Positions 37,566 to 47,558 of a stretch of 64,000 nt of DNA are shown one piece after another. The notes beneath the pieces are model-generated. The model ran no database searches. It had not been told where the DNA came from and worked only from the letters and a program-made list of their open reading frames with translations. Positions within the stretch are counted from its first letter, which is position 1. Every line of letters starts with the position of its first letter. Source of the stretch: a virus; the IMG/VR virus record IMGVR_UViG_3300032251_000001, positions 32,001 through 96,000 of that record; one strand, 5' to 3'. Position numbers and translations under genes: made by a program.

Positions 37566-37616
37566 TACCCCAAGGAGAAGGGGCATTACACATCAAAAAT
37601 AGGAGGAAACATATAT

Positions 37617-37814
37617 ATGCGTACTAGAGAAAAATATTGTAGTAACTGTTCTGGTAATATGTATATGAGTGCAATGTCACAGGATAATTGTAAAATTTGT
37701 GGAACACCTGTAATTTGTGGTCATTTACCATGTTATGAGATATGTAAAGAATGTTCAGATGAGCTTGATAAATGTATCCAATGTGGAAAAGATTTGAAAA
37801 GTGAGGAAAACTAA
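37617..37814 (+). CDS. Cys-rich zinc-binding protein
   Basis: Four CxxC-type pairs. Confidence 0.7.
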   Translation: MRTREKYCSNCSGNMYMSAMSQDNCKICGTPVICGHLPCYEICKECSDELDKCIQCGKDLKSEEN

Positions 37815-38206
37815 TGAAACCTATAGATATTAAGAATATAAATGTTGGAGATGTTAACTGTGACTGTTTCAGAGCATGTGTCTGTTCAATATTAGAGATT
37901 AGTGATGAAGGTGTTCCTAACTTTGTTGAACTTGGAGATAATTATTTAAACATTCTAGATGAATTCTTAAGTAGTTATAATATGATATCATCATCATATA
38001 AATTTAATAGAGATTATATGTTATCAAAACCATATAATTATTTTATAGTAACTGGTAAGAGTCCTAATAGTGATTCAACTAGAGCTGTGATTTATAAAAA
38101 TGGTGAATTAGTTCATGACCCACATCCAGATAAATTAGGTATAGAAGATGAACAATTCTTCTGTATGATATCTAATAAGTCCATGTTTAGCTTTAAAATT
38201 TATTAA
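37814..38206 (+). CDS. papain-like phage protein
   Basis: CDCFRACVCSILE...VPNF...GKSP...AVIYKNGELVHDPHP. Confidence 0.55.
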   Translation: MKPIDIKNINVGDVNCDCFRACVCSILEISDEGVPNFVELGDNYLNILDEFLSSYNMISSSYKFNRDYMLSKPYNYFIVTGKSPNSDSTRAVIYKNGELVHDPHPDKLGIEDEQFFCMISNKSMFSFKIY

Positions 38207-38222
38207 ATAGGAGGTAAGTTAT

Positions 38223-38693
38223 ATGATTATGAATGAAAGTAAATGTACTCAAGAGTCTATACTTTTACTTGAGAACGCTCTTCTTGGAGAATTTGAACAT
38301 ATTATAGATGAATTAAAGAAGATATGTGTAAAACCTGAGTATGAAGAATATGTTGAGTCGTTTGTTATAGTTGAAAACACTGTGGAAGCATTCAAATTTA
38401 TGAATGAAGCTATTGAGTTATTTGACCAAACAGGTGATTTCTTTGAAGCTAGAATGTATATAAAGGTATTCAAAGTAAATTATAATGAATTTGATGAAAG
38501 ATTTAAAGGTAAATATAAAGAAGAACTTGATAAAGTTGTCCTTGAAATATTTAACTTTATGCAGTTACAAATAATAAATCCTAAACTTGAATTAACATAT
38601 GGATTAGCTTCTGGCAATTATGGTAGAATGGTTATTAGACCTATAAGTGTAGAAGTTTTTGCTGAATCAGTTTCAACTGAAGATATCCTTTAA
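38223..38693 (+). CDS. hypothetical protein
   Basis: SD AGGAGG. Confidence 0.6.
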   Translation: MIMNESKCTQESILLLENALLGEFEHIIDELKKICVKPEYEEYVESFVIVENTVEAFKFMNEAIELFDQTGDFFEARMYIKVFKVNYNEFDERFKGKYKEELDKVVLEIFNFMQLQIINPKLELTYGLASGNYGRMVIRPISVEVFAESVSTEDIL

Positions 38694-38704
38694 GGAGGTA
38701 TACT

Positions 38705-38911
38705 ATGAGCTTAATTCATATGAGTCAAATAGATTGGGGTGAAGGAAGATTAAGTGATTTAGAAGACCCAAATCATAGACATATATTTTTATATGCAGAC
38801 CATCCAGACCATTTTGCTACAGAACCTTATTTACCTTACTATGGAGACTGTCCAACATGTAAGGAAATTTCAGAATTAAATAAGAAGTGGGTAGAGGAAA
38901 GAGGTTTATAA
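38705..38911 (+). CDS. hypothetical protein
   Basis: SD AAGGAGG; hairpin terminator follows. Confidence 0.6.
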   Translation: MSLIHMSQIDWGEGRLSDLEDPNHRHIFLYADHPDHFATEPYLPYYGDCPTCKEISELNKKWVEERGL

Positions 38912-39021
38912 CAAATATAGAGATAATACGGTTAATCGTATTATCTCTATATTTATACATATATTATAAATATGGAGCGATAAAACCTATTTATTATGTT
39001 CCCAGATGAAAGGAGGTCTTC

Positions 39022-39372
39022 ATGAATGAATGTATTATAGAATTCAATTTTATGGATGCTGAAACTTTTGCAACAACACATGACAGAATATGTTATTGTG
39101 AAGCACTAATTAAACCTAATGGTATGGTAACTTATGCAGTTCCTTCTCATCAACAAGCTTTATTAAGATTATATATGGAAAAATATAACCTTACTGAAGA
39201 TGATGTATGGAATGAATTAAATGTAGAAGACTCTCCTAATGAAATTATGGCAGAGGATTTAAACATTGTCCAAGTGTGGTACGATTTCTATGTTCCAACA
39301 CAAAATATGACACCAGAACAAGTGTCATCAATAAATATACTTAAAAAATATAAGTGTATTATAAGGGGGTAA
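39022..39372 (+). CDS. hypothetical phage protein
   Basis: SD AAGGAGG; YCEALIKPNG...AVPSHQ. Confidence 0.6.
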   Translation: MNECIIEFNFMDAETFATTHDRICYCEALIKPNGMVTYAVPSHQQALLRLYMEKYNLTEDDVWNELNVEDSPNEIMAEDLNIVQVWYDFYVPTQNMTPEQVSSINILKKYKCIIRG

Positions 39373-39375
39373 GAT

Positions 39376-39681
39376 ATGTCAACAGTACATGAAGTAGGAT
39401 TATTAATGGCACTAACAGGTAAAAGTAAAGAAGAAGCTTTAAAAGAAGTAACTTATGATGAAATGTTTAAAGCTAAATGTGATTATGCTAGAAAAGCATT
39501 TGGTATGAGACATGATGATGTTACAATAACTCAAGAAGAAGCAGATGAGTTAAATAAACAATTTCAAGAAATAATAAACTATCTTGAGTGTAATGGAAGT
39601 TATGATTACATGGAAGATTATATAATTGATTTTGATTCATTCGTTAAGGATAATGAATCATTTAGAAGATTTTGTTGGTAG
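39376..39681 (+). CDS. hypothetical protein
   Basis: ORF in operon. Confidence 0.6.
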   Translation: MSTVHEVGLLMALTGKSKEEALKEVTYDEMFKAKCDYARKAFGMRHDDVTITQEEADELNKQFQEIINYLECNGSYDYMEDYIIDFDSFVKDNESFRRFCW

Positions 39682-39693
39682 GAGGTCATAATT

Positions 39694-40290
39694 ATGAATA
39701 AAACTGAATATAATAAAGCTACCGAATATGCTTTAGCATTGCATAATATTGATACTGTAATATTTGATTATAATTTATCATACACTGAAGTTGAATATCT
39801 TAATACAGCTAAAAAATGCATTCATGAAGCATGTAACTTAAACTTAAAAGATATAGACTTATGGAATAATTTCATTAAACATAATGGAGTTTTAAACCAT
39901 TTAAATACAACATATTTACTTGCAGCATTTGAATATTTTAATGTAGGTAGCTATGATGAGTTTGCAGAAGAGTTTGATATAGCTGTAATATGTCAAACTT
40001 ACAAAGATTTTATAAAGTATGATTTAATTGATTGTAATGAGAGTCTTACTATTAAAGAATTCATCTTGAAAGGATTTATTGTCGAATTGATAACTGATAT
40101 TAAAGATGGTAATTCATTATACTCTATAAAATATAAAGCACAATTAGATTATCTTATGGCAAGTGAAGACTTTGATTTAGGTAATCTAACTGAAGAAATG
40201 TGTATATCACGAGCTGTCTTTGAAGCTGCTAATGATTTCTTAGAGGATGCTTTTGTACATTATGCAAATGAGTTTTTCAGTGATTTTTAA
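39694..40290 (+). CDS. hypothetical protein
   Basis: SD AGGAGG. Confidence 0.6.
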   Translation: MNKTEYNKATEYALALHNIDTVIFDYNLSYTEVEYLNTAKKCIHEACNLNLKDIDLWNNFIKHNGVLNHLNTTYLLAAFEYFNVGSYDEFAEEFDIAVICQTYKDFIKYDLIDCNESLTIKEFILKGFIVELITDIKDGNSLYSIKYKAQLDYLMASEDFDLGNLTEEMCISRAVFEAANDFLEDAFVHYANEFFSDF

Positions 40291-40422
40291 GAATTAAAAA
40301 ATTAAGTAACATCAATATAATACTGAAAATTATTTGGTATTATAGTAAAATTTACATTATTATAATAGTGTAAACTAAATGTATCTTCTTACTAATTAGG
40401 TAAGGAAGAAAAGGAGGACTAT

Positions 40423-40962
40423 ATGTCTGAACAAATGCAAATTAATTTTGAAACACTTAAGGTAGAAGCAGTACCTACAACTAAGTTGAGCGTTAAAGAT
40501 GGATTTAACAATCAAGTAGTTGAATTATTTAATGACCTTCAAATTAAGATTGGTTATTTTCCAAATTTACCTTCAAAGTTTATTGACAAGGTTACATTCT
40601 GTATAAGTGACAATCAGAAGGGATTGTTCTTTAAACTTATGAAAGACCGAATTATTAAAGCATTAGATAAAGATTTTATCACTAAAGGTTATAGAACTGA
40701 GTTTGTAGACGAGAGAGAAGAGTATCTTAAATCTTCTTTATTTACATTAGTTACTCATGTAAAAGAAAATACTATAGGTATCGTATTTGATATTGGTTAT
40801 TCTGATAGAAAAAATATATCTAGTACTCACTACAATGTAATAGTTGTAGATAATGATTTAAGTAAAATGTCTACTACAACATGGTCAATAAAGAATACAA
40901 AAACTTTAGGAGTTCCATCTGTTAAAGAGTTGATTTATATTATGATGGATAAACAACAATAA
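40423..40962 (+). CDS. hypothetical protein, paralog of 42783..43334
   Basis: Shared GIVFDIGY/GVVFDCGY and STTTWS/YSTTWS. Confidence 0.65.
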   Translation: MSEQMQINFETLKVEAVPTTKLSVKDGFNNQVVELFNDLQIKIGYFPNLPSKFIDKVTFCISDNQKGLFFKLMKDRIIKALDKDFITKGYRTEFVDEREEYLKSSLFTLVTHVKENTIGIVFDIGYSDRKNISSTHYNVIVVDNDLSKMSTTTWSIKNTKTLGVPSVKELIYIMMDKQQ

Positions 40963-40977
40963 GGAGGAACACTATTT

Positions 40978-41190
40978 ATGGATTTAAACACACCAGTTAT
41001 ATCCTTAAAGAAGTTCATGACCTTGAAAGAAGAATCAAAAGATAAAACAAAGCCACTAATATCCTCTGCGATATTAGTGGCTATTGATATTGATTCAGTC
41101 ATGGCATTCTCAGATTGTTGCTTTAATGGAGTAATATCTAGTAATGGATTAGTTATTTGCAGTAAATGTAATAGTGAAGTGAAACTATAA
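40978..41190 (+). CDS. small zinc-ribbon protein
   Basis: SDCC...VICSKC. Confidence 0.55.
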   Translation: MDLNTPVISLKKFMTLKEESKDKTKPLISSAILVAIDIDSVMAFSDCCFNGVISSNGLVICSKCNSEVKL

Positions 41191-41200
41191 TGGAAAATAT

Positions 41201-42280
41201 TTGGAGGAAACTATAATGGAAAATAATATGAATTTAATGATAATGGATAAAAGCATGTCAGCAGAGCAATTAATTAAAATGATTAAACCTTTGGATGATA
41301 GTGTAAATGATACTCTAGTTTCAGTAACACATGTATCTGACCTTGACGGTCTATTCAGTAGTATTTGTACTGTAGCTCATTTTAATGAGAACAGAGATAA
41401 TACAACAAATGTCATTGTTATCCCTTTACATAATAATGACGATATGTATCTACGTACATGTCTTGGTATATTGCATGAATTTGAAATAAAAGTTTCAGAA
41501 ATATATGTAACTGATATTGGTCTAAGTAAAGTCGGTCATGAAGCAATTCATGATATGAAAGCTGATTATAAAATGTACATTGACCATCATGAATCTGCAA
41601 TTGATATGTTAAAGGAAATGGACTACGTTTACAATCAAGTGGTTATTGATGTTGAAAAGTGTGCAGCAATGTTATGCTATGAAAATTTAGATGTAAACTC
41701 TAATCTTAAAAAGTATGTTGAGGTTACTAATGATAGAGACTTATGGTTAAAAGAAATTGAAGTATCAGATAGCTTTGCAAGTCTATTTAAACTAATGGGA
41801 TTCAAAGACATGTATACTGATTTTATTAATGGTAAACATTATTTATCTGGTATGTTCCCAGCAACCTATGTTCTTTCACCAGAGTATGCTTTGGTAATTG
41901 AATTTCATAATAAAGTAGTTATGAATGAAGCTGTTAGATTTGTACAAGGTATGATGTACACTGAAATTGAAGGTATTAGTGTAGGATACAATCTATATAA
42001 TGGGTTGAACGCTTCAGATATGTCTGATATTGTATTTGAAAGTAGTCCCGAAATTAGTATTATTGCATACATCTTTACAGATGGAGTATCTTTAAGAGTA
42101 AGAAAAGATTGCGATTTTAATGCATCAGAGTTTTCTAAAGAACGTGGTGGTGGAGGTCATATTAAAGCATCTGGATATCCATTAGTTATGAATACTCTAC
42201 TAATTCAAAACTTCTTAAGAGATTTCCTTCAAGATGATAGAGAATTATCAATACCAACTATGGAGCTAGGAAGAATCTAG
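41201..42280 (+). CDS. DHH/DHHA1 phosphoesterase (NrnB/oligoribonuclease-like)
   Basis: THVSDLDG, VTDIG, IDHH, NDRDLW, SLR, GGGGHIKASG. Confidence 0.9.
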   Translation: MEETIMENNMNLMIMDKSMSAEQLIKMIKPLDDSVNDTLVSVTHVSDLDGLFSSICTVAHFNENRDNTTNVIVIPLHNNDDMYLRTCLGILHEFEIKVSEIYVTDIGLSKVGHEAIHDMKADYKMYIDHHESAIDMLKEMDYVYNQVVIDVEKCAAMLCYENLDVNSNLKKYVEVTNDRDLWLKEIEVSDSFASLFKLMGFKDMYTDFINGKHYLSGMFPATYVLSPEYALVIEFHNKVVMNEAVRFVQGMMYTEIEGISVGYNLYNGLNASDMSDIVFESSPEISIIAYIFTDGVSLRVRKDCDFNASEFSKERGGGGHIKASGYPLVMNTLLIQNFLRDFLQDDRELSIPTMELGRI

Positions 42281-42288
42281 GAGGGTGT

Positions 42289-42636
42289 ATGGAATATTTA
42301 TTTATTTTACTATGTGTATTATTAATTGTCATAATTAAAGTTGTTAAAACCTTTAGTGACAATATGAAAGATAGACTAATTAATGATGTTATTGAATCTG
42401 AATTGATTAACATTAGTTGTGACTTAGATGGTTTAGAATATTCAAGCTATGGTGAATTTGAAGACGAAGTTGCAAAACTAGTTTACTTAAAATGTCCAAC
42501 AGCACAAAAGACGTTAGATGATTTACACTCAATGTTTCGCTCAGAACAATGGAGAAATTACCGAAATTTTATAAGAGAAAATGCTACTATTACATTTAAC
42601 GATATAGCTATGGCTGTACCTGATGACATCTTATAA
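42289..42636 (+). CDS. hypothetical membrane-anchored protein
   Basis: N-terminal TM segment. Confidence 0.6.
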   Translation: MEYLFILLCVLLIVIIKVVKTFSDNMKDRLINDVIESELINISCDLDGLEYSSYGEFEDEVAKLVYLKCPTAQKTLDDLHSMFRSEQWRNYRNFIRENATITFNDIAMAVPDDIL

Positions 42637-42782
42637 ATTGTTTAAAATTGTATTAAAGTTAGATTAGGTGTATTATCATAATACCCTGTTTATAAATGTT
42701 ACAAGAACATGGATGATGGATTCATGTTCAAAATTATTTAACTTATGAGTGTAGACTTATAAGTACAAGGAGAATAAAGCTT

Positions 42783-43334
42783 ATGAACAAAAGAGTTAAT
42801 GAACTTAGAACCATGATTCCACTTAGAGATTACACTGCTTTTGATAAATTTATCAAATTCATTATGGAAGTTGATTTATCAAATGTTCCTTTTGATAAGG
42901 ATTTACCAGACTCATTTATTGGTAAATTAAAGCAGTGTATTGTGAATAACGATTACAATAAATTCCTCAAGGTATTGCATGATAGAATTTACAAATCTCT
43001 TAACGCAGACTATACTGCTGATAATCACAAGTCTCATAAATCAAATCCGTATGATATGCATTTTCATATCCATATGCATGAAGAAATACTTCCTAAATAT
43101 TTAGGTAAGATTGTAGTGCATAGAAATAGAAAAGACTTAACTAAGTTAGAAGTTGGAGTGGTGTTTGATTGTGGATATAACTCACATGATTATTTACACA
43201 ACACTAATTTAGGAGTAATTGTATTTACGGAAAAGATTGAGGACTTGTATAGTACTACATGGTCTACTAATACAGTGATGGTTCATGAGAACAATAACAA
43301 TTTAAACAGTATCTATTTAGACTATATTAAGTAG
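42783..43334 (+). CDS. hypothetical protein, paralog of 40423..40962
   Basis: See paralog. Confidence 0.65.
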   Translation: MNKRVNELRTMIPLRDYTAFDKFIKFIMEVDLSNVPFDKDLPDSFIGKLKQCIVNNDYNKFLKVLHDRIYKSLNADYTADNHKSHKSNPYDMHFHIHMHEEILPKYLGKIVVHRNRKDLTKLEVGVVFDCGYNSHDYLHNTNLGVIVFTEKIEDLYSTTWSTNTVMVHENNNNLNSIYLDYIK

Positions 43335-43431
43335 ATGCATGAGTGTGGAGATTAAATATGTCCACACTTTTTCCTTTTAATGTGTATAAAACATTATATT
43401 AAATAATTATATGTATTAAGGAGGATTAGAC

Positions 43432-43809
43432 ATGGAAGTAGTATTACTATATAATTTAAGACCAGGAGTAAGAAACTATAACGGAACTGTATACTCAGGT
43501 GCAGCAGTTCAAAAAGTAGTCGATTTACTTAGGGATAAGATTGCAAGAAAAGAAATAAAAATAGTTAACTTTGGTGGTGCTGAATTGAATGGTATTGAGT
43601 TAGTTAGTGTGAATAGTAAACTGTTTACATTTAATGTACATACCCCAGAAGACTGGAACTTTGACAATATGAAAGTTACAGCTGAGATTTTTACTGCTAA
43701 TGGGTTCAAGAATGTTACAGATGCACATATACTTGATGTATCTGGTAAAATTGTATTAGTTACAAATTCAGAATATGCAAGACGAAATGAGATATCTATT
43801 TCTCAATAA
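43432..43809 (+). CDS. hypothetical protein, late-type promoter
   Basis: AACA-TTATAT-TA at 43390-43401; SD AAGGAGG. Confidence 0.6.
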   Translation: MEVVLLYNLRPGVRNYNGTVYSGAAVQKVVDLLRDKIARKEIKIVNFGGAELNGIELVSVNSKLFTFNVHTPEDWNFDNMKVTAEIFTANGFKNVTDAHILDVSGKIVLVTNSEYARRNEISISQ

Positions 43810-43822
43810 AGAAATAAAATCA

Positions 43823-43855
43823 TAAGAGTATAACCTATAATGGGTTATACTCTTA
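43823..43855. terminator. terminator hairpin (AGAGTATA family)
   Basis: TAAGAGTATAACCT/GGGTTATACTCTTA. Confidence 0.7.
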
Positions 43856-43925
43856 TTTACATTTTCAAATATATATTATATATTTGAAATAACAATAATA
43901 AAATATAACGGAGGGCTTAAAAATT

Positions 43926-46025
43926 ATGTCAGATTTTCAATTATTAAAGAGTAAAGTTCAAGAGAGATTTTTAGAATTAACTAAGGAAGCAACTCATCTA
44001 TTTGAAGTAGAAGTAGATAAAGATGTAATGTGGAATGACATTTATCTTGGTAGTTTCCCAGAAGGTACTAATGAAATATTTAGAGAAAAGGGTGAGTATG
44101 ATTGTTCTTGCTGCAAGCAATTCATTAGAGCAATTGGTAATGTTGTAGTTATCATTGATAATAAACTGCATACTATGTGGGATTTCGAAATTGATAGTAC
44201 TAAATATCAACCTGTAGTAAATGCTCTTAGAGACTTTATCTTATCTAAAGCAGTTACAAATATCTACTTCTCTGAATCTAAAAAAGTAGGTACTGATAAG
44301 AATTACGAAGAAATGGAAGATGGACATATTCATACATGGGAACACTTTTTCTTAGAGATACCTAAGAGATTCGTTAATACATCTGAACTTTCAAGAGGTA
44401 CAGTTCAAAATGATTTTAGAACAGCTAAAACAGCGTTCAAACGTTCATTAGATGAAATAACTGATGAAGCTGTTACAGATGTACTTGAGTTAATTCAAGC
44501 TGGTGAACTACATAGAGGAGAAGAATTTGAAGAGAAACAAATGAAAATCTTCCTTGATTATAAAAAGAAGTATGCTGAAGTTCCAGAAGAAGATAAAGAC
44601 AACTATGCATGGATTACTTCTATTGAAGTTGGTGGTGCTATGGCTAGACTTAGAAACAGTGCATTAGGAACTTTATTAGTTAACTTATGTGGAACTGAAA
44701 CTAAAGAAGCTATTAATTTACCAACAGCAGTTGCAAAGTATGATAGTATGGTAGCTGGTCCAAACTTCAAGAGAAGTAAAACTATTTACACTCCAAGACA
44801 ATTAGCTGCTTTCAAAGAAGACCTTGTAAAAGGCGGATACATGGAATCTCTTCAAAGAGAATACGGTTCTATTGATGATATTACTTACGCTGATATTCTT
44901 TATGCAAATAAAGATACTGTTAGTAGAATGGAAAGTAGTGTATTTGAAGAAGCATTTGAAGACTTATCAAATGAGGTTAAACCATTAGTTAATCCAGACT
45001 CATTTGAAGATGTAGAGACTATTAACTATAAAGAATTTGTAGAAAATATTCTACCAAATTCTACATCAGTTGAAGCATTATTTGAAAACAAGCACATGGG
45101 TAATATGGTATCACTTACTGCACCAGTGAACAAAGATGCTAAAAGCTTGTTCAATTGGAGTAATGGTATGGGTTATGCTTATACTGGTAACATGGCTGAT
45201 AGTTCAATGAAGCAAAGAGTTAAAGCTGCTGGTGGTAAAGTAGATGGTGATTTAAGATTCTCTATTCAATGGAATGAAAAAGGTCGTGAAAACTTTAATG
45301 ACTTTGATGCTCATTGTAACGAAGTAGCAAGTAACTTTAGAATCTATTACAGAAATAAAGGTAAACTTTCACCAAATGGTGGAATGCTAGATGTAGATAT
45401 CATTGAACCAGAAAATGATGAAGTAGCTGTAGAAAACATTATCTATGGTAATAGAAAAGATATGAGAGATGGTGATTATACATTTATGATACATTGCTTT
45501 ACTCATAGAGGTGGTAAGAATGGTTTGGAAGCTGAACTAGAATTTGATGGTAAAATTCATAAGTTTGATATAGATATTGATATTCCAAATAAGAAAGCTC
45601 TTGTTGTAGTTGTAGTTAATCTTAAAGATGGTGTATTCACTATAAAAGATTCAATTGAGAGCTCATCAAGAATTAAGTCTACAGAAATGTGGAAGATTAA
45701 AACTAGTCAATTTATCCCAGTGACAGCTATTATGTACTCACCAAACTGTTGGGAAGAAGAAAACAAAGTAGGTCTTAGACATTTATTCTTCATGCTTAAA
45801 GATTGTGTGAATACAGAATCTCCAAATGGATTCTATAGTGAATTCTTACACAAGGATTTATCTAGAACTCATAGAAAGGCTGCTGAAGCTCTAGGTGCTA
45901 AGTTAGCAATAAAAGACAATCCAGACCAATTAAGTGGTGTAGGTTTCCCTGTTACTAAGCGTGCAGATATTATTGTAAAGCTTACTAAGCAAGGTAAGGA
46001 TAAAGTGTACAGAGTAACATTTTAA
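43926..46025 (+). CDS. 699-aa phage protein with N-terminal CxCC motif and C-terminal YfaP/DUF2135-like domain
   Basis: YDCSCCKQFI; GDLRFSIQW...DFDAHC...GGMLDVD...AVENI; early promoter 43871-43887. Confidence 0.6.
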   Translation: MSDFQLLKSKVQERFLELTKEATHLFEVEVDKDVMWNDIYLGSFPEGTNEIFREKGEYDCSCCKQFIRAIGNVVVIIDNKLHTMWDFEIDSTKYQPVVNALRDFILSKAVTNIYFSESKKVGTDKNYEEMEDGHIHTWEHFFLEIPKRFVNTSELSRGTVQNDFRTAKTAFKRSLDEITDEAVTDVLELIQAGELHRGEEFEEKQMKIFLDYKKKYAEVPEEDKDNYAWITSIEVGGAMARLRNSALGTLLVNLCGTETKEAINLPTAVAKYDSMVAGPNFKRSKTIYTPRQLAAFKEDLVKGGYMESLQREYGSIDDITYADILYANKDTVSRMESSVFEEAFEDLSNEVKPLVNPDSFEDVETINYKEFVENILPNSTSVEALFENKHMGNMVSLTAPVNKDAKSLFNWSNGMGYAYTGNMADSSMKQRVKAAGGKVDGDLRFSIQWNEKGRENFNDFDAHCNEVASNFRIYYRNKGKLSPNGGMLDVDIIEPENDEVAVENIIYGNRKDMRDGDYTFMIHCFTHRGGKNGLEAELEFDGKIHKFDIDIDIPNKKALVVVVVNLKDGVFTIKDSIESSSRIKSTEMWKIKTSQFIPVTAIMYSPNCWEEENKVGLRHLFFMLKDCVNTESPNGFYSEFLHKDLSRTHRKAAEALGAKLAIKDNPDQLSGVGFPVTKRADIIVKLTKQGKDKVYRVTF

Positions 46026-46074
46026 ACTGTTGATAATGTAATTAAACATAACTATGAAAAGGAGAACAACTATT

Positions 46075-46464
46075 ATGGAAAGAAATTTATTTGAGTACGC
46101 ATCAAGAACAAAATTAAGAATTGAAACACCAAAAGGTGTAGCTAGTACTGAAGAACTTTGGGGTATGGGTTTAATTGAATTGAATGAACTCTTTAAAGTT
46201 TTAAACAAAGTAAAGAAAGAACAAGATGAAACTGAAAGCCTTCTTGACGAGGAAACTAAAGAAGATATCGATTTATTAGTTTCTATTGGTCTGTTAAAGC
46301 ATATTGTAGGAGTTAAGAAAGCTGAAGTTAAAGCTACTCTTGACGCTCAAGCAAATGCTGCTAAGAAGCAAAAAATCATGGAAGCAATTGCTAAGAAAGA
46401 AGAAGTTGACTATGATGATGCTGAACTTGATGACCTTAAGAAAATGTTAGATGAATTAAATTAA
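46075..46464 (+). CDS. helical partner protein of the 699-aa gene
   Basis: NLFEYASRTKLRIETPKG...EELWGM; start moved to ATG behind AAAGGAG. Confidence 0.65.
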   Translation: MERNLFEYASRTKLRIETPKGVASTEELWGMGLIELNELFKVLNKVKKEQDETESLLDEETKEDIDLLVSIGLLKHIVGVKKAEVKATLDAQANAAKKQKIMEAIAKKEEVDYDDAELDDLKKMLDELN

Positions 46465-46522
46465 GTTTAAACTAAATATAGGGTTTCTTTATGAGACCCT
46501 ATATTTTTTATAAGGAGGAATT

Positions 46523-47089
46523 ATGTACATACCATATGTAGCAGAAACATCAGAACAGCTTGAGAAGTACTTATTTCTTAGAAGGGGTGTTGAATATAAA
46601 GTATTAGATGGTTTTGAGTTTGAAGACATGGATACTGAAATGACTTTTCTACATGAAAAACCTCTTAAAAAAGGTTTGATGCATGAATTCAGAGCAACAC
46701 CTAACGAGATGTTAAATACATCTTTCCAATGTACAATATGTGATAAACATAATTTACAGCTAGGACTTAAAAAGATTAAAGATGATTTAAATGATTATGA
46801 AGGTTTAACTTTTGATGAAAATTCTTCTATAGACTTTGATGAAGAAGGATATGTAATTGATTATGATTTCTATGTTCCCGACTTTGATTTATATATTATA
46901 TACCTAAGCACTGGTAGATGTAATAATGTCATGACTAGAAGTGAAGATTATAAAATGATATCTAAACTTACAAATGATTATGATTTTAGATTACTTGAAA
47001 TAATCCATGCTGATTTTGATAAGATAGAAGATATTATAGAAAAAGCTTTTCATGGAAAAGATTTAAAGAAGTTATATGGGGGTAAGTAA
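46523..47089 (+). CDS. degenerate DUF559/Vsr-like nuclease
   Basis: HEFRATPNEML..FQCTIC, YDFYVPDFDLYIIY, RLLEIIHADFDKIEDII; usual IEYDG glutamate missing. Confidence 0.45.
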   Translation: MYIPYVAETSEQLEKYLFLRRGVEYKVLDGFEFEDMDTEMTFLHEKPLKKGLMHEFRATPNEMLNTSFQCTICDKHNLQLGLKKIKDDLNDYEGLTFDENSSIDFDEEGYVIDYDFYVPDFDLYIIYLSTGRCNNVMTRSEDYKMISKLTNDYDFRLLEIIHADFDKIEDIIEKAFHGKDLKKLYGGK

Positions 47090-47310
47090 TGGTTAAAAAA
47101 TTAGAAAATTTTTCATTTGGCATAGTAGTAATAACCGTAATAGTATGGATACTAAAAGGATTTATTTATTTTTGGGATAAGCCTCAAACTGTAAAAAATG
47201 TTTTAACTTTCTTTATTACAAACTGGTACATGGTAATAATATTAATAATAGTTGGATTTATTTCCTTTCAGCTTGAAGATTATAATAAAAGAATAAAAGG
47301 AGATAAGTAA
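47089..47310 (+). CDS. small two-TM membrane protein
   Basis: Two hydrophobic helices; TAATG coupling. Confidence 0.6.
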   Translation: MVKKLENFSFGIVVITVIVWILKGFIYFWDKPQTVKNVLTFFITNWYMVIILIIVGFISFQLEDYNKRIKGDK

Positions 47311-47558
47311 TGTCTAAGAAAGATAAAAAGAAATCAGCACTATTTATGAATCCTAATAATATTTTTGGTCGAGCTATAATATCTGACCCTAAAGATGATT
47401 TCAATAGGGATGATTATGAATGGGTTATAACAAAATTAGATTGGAGATATCAAGAGGTAGAACTATCTAATGATTGTATATCAATAACTCGTAAACTAAA
47501 AGAAGTTGTAGTTAGAATGGATGTAACTAGTGATATAAAATGGATTGGGGGTCAATAA
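47310..47558 (+). CDS. hypothetical protein
   Basis: TAATG coupling. Confidence 0.55.
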   Translation: MSKKDKKKSALFMNPNNIFGRAIISDPKDDFNRDDYEWVITKLDWRYQEVELSNDCISITRKLKEVVVRMDVTSDIKWIGGQ

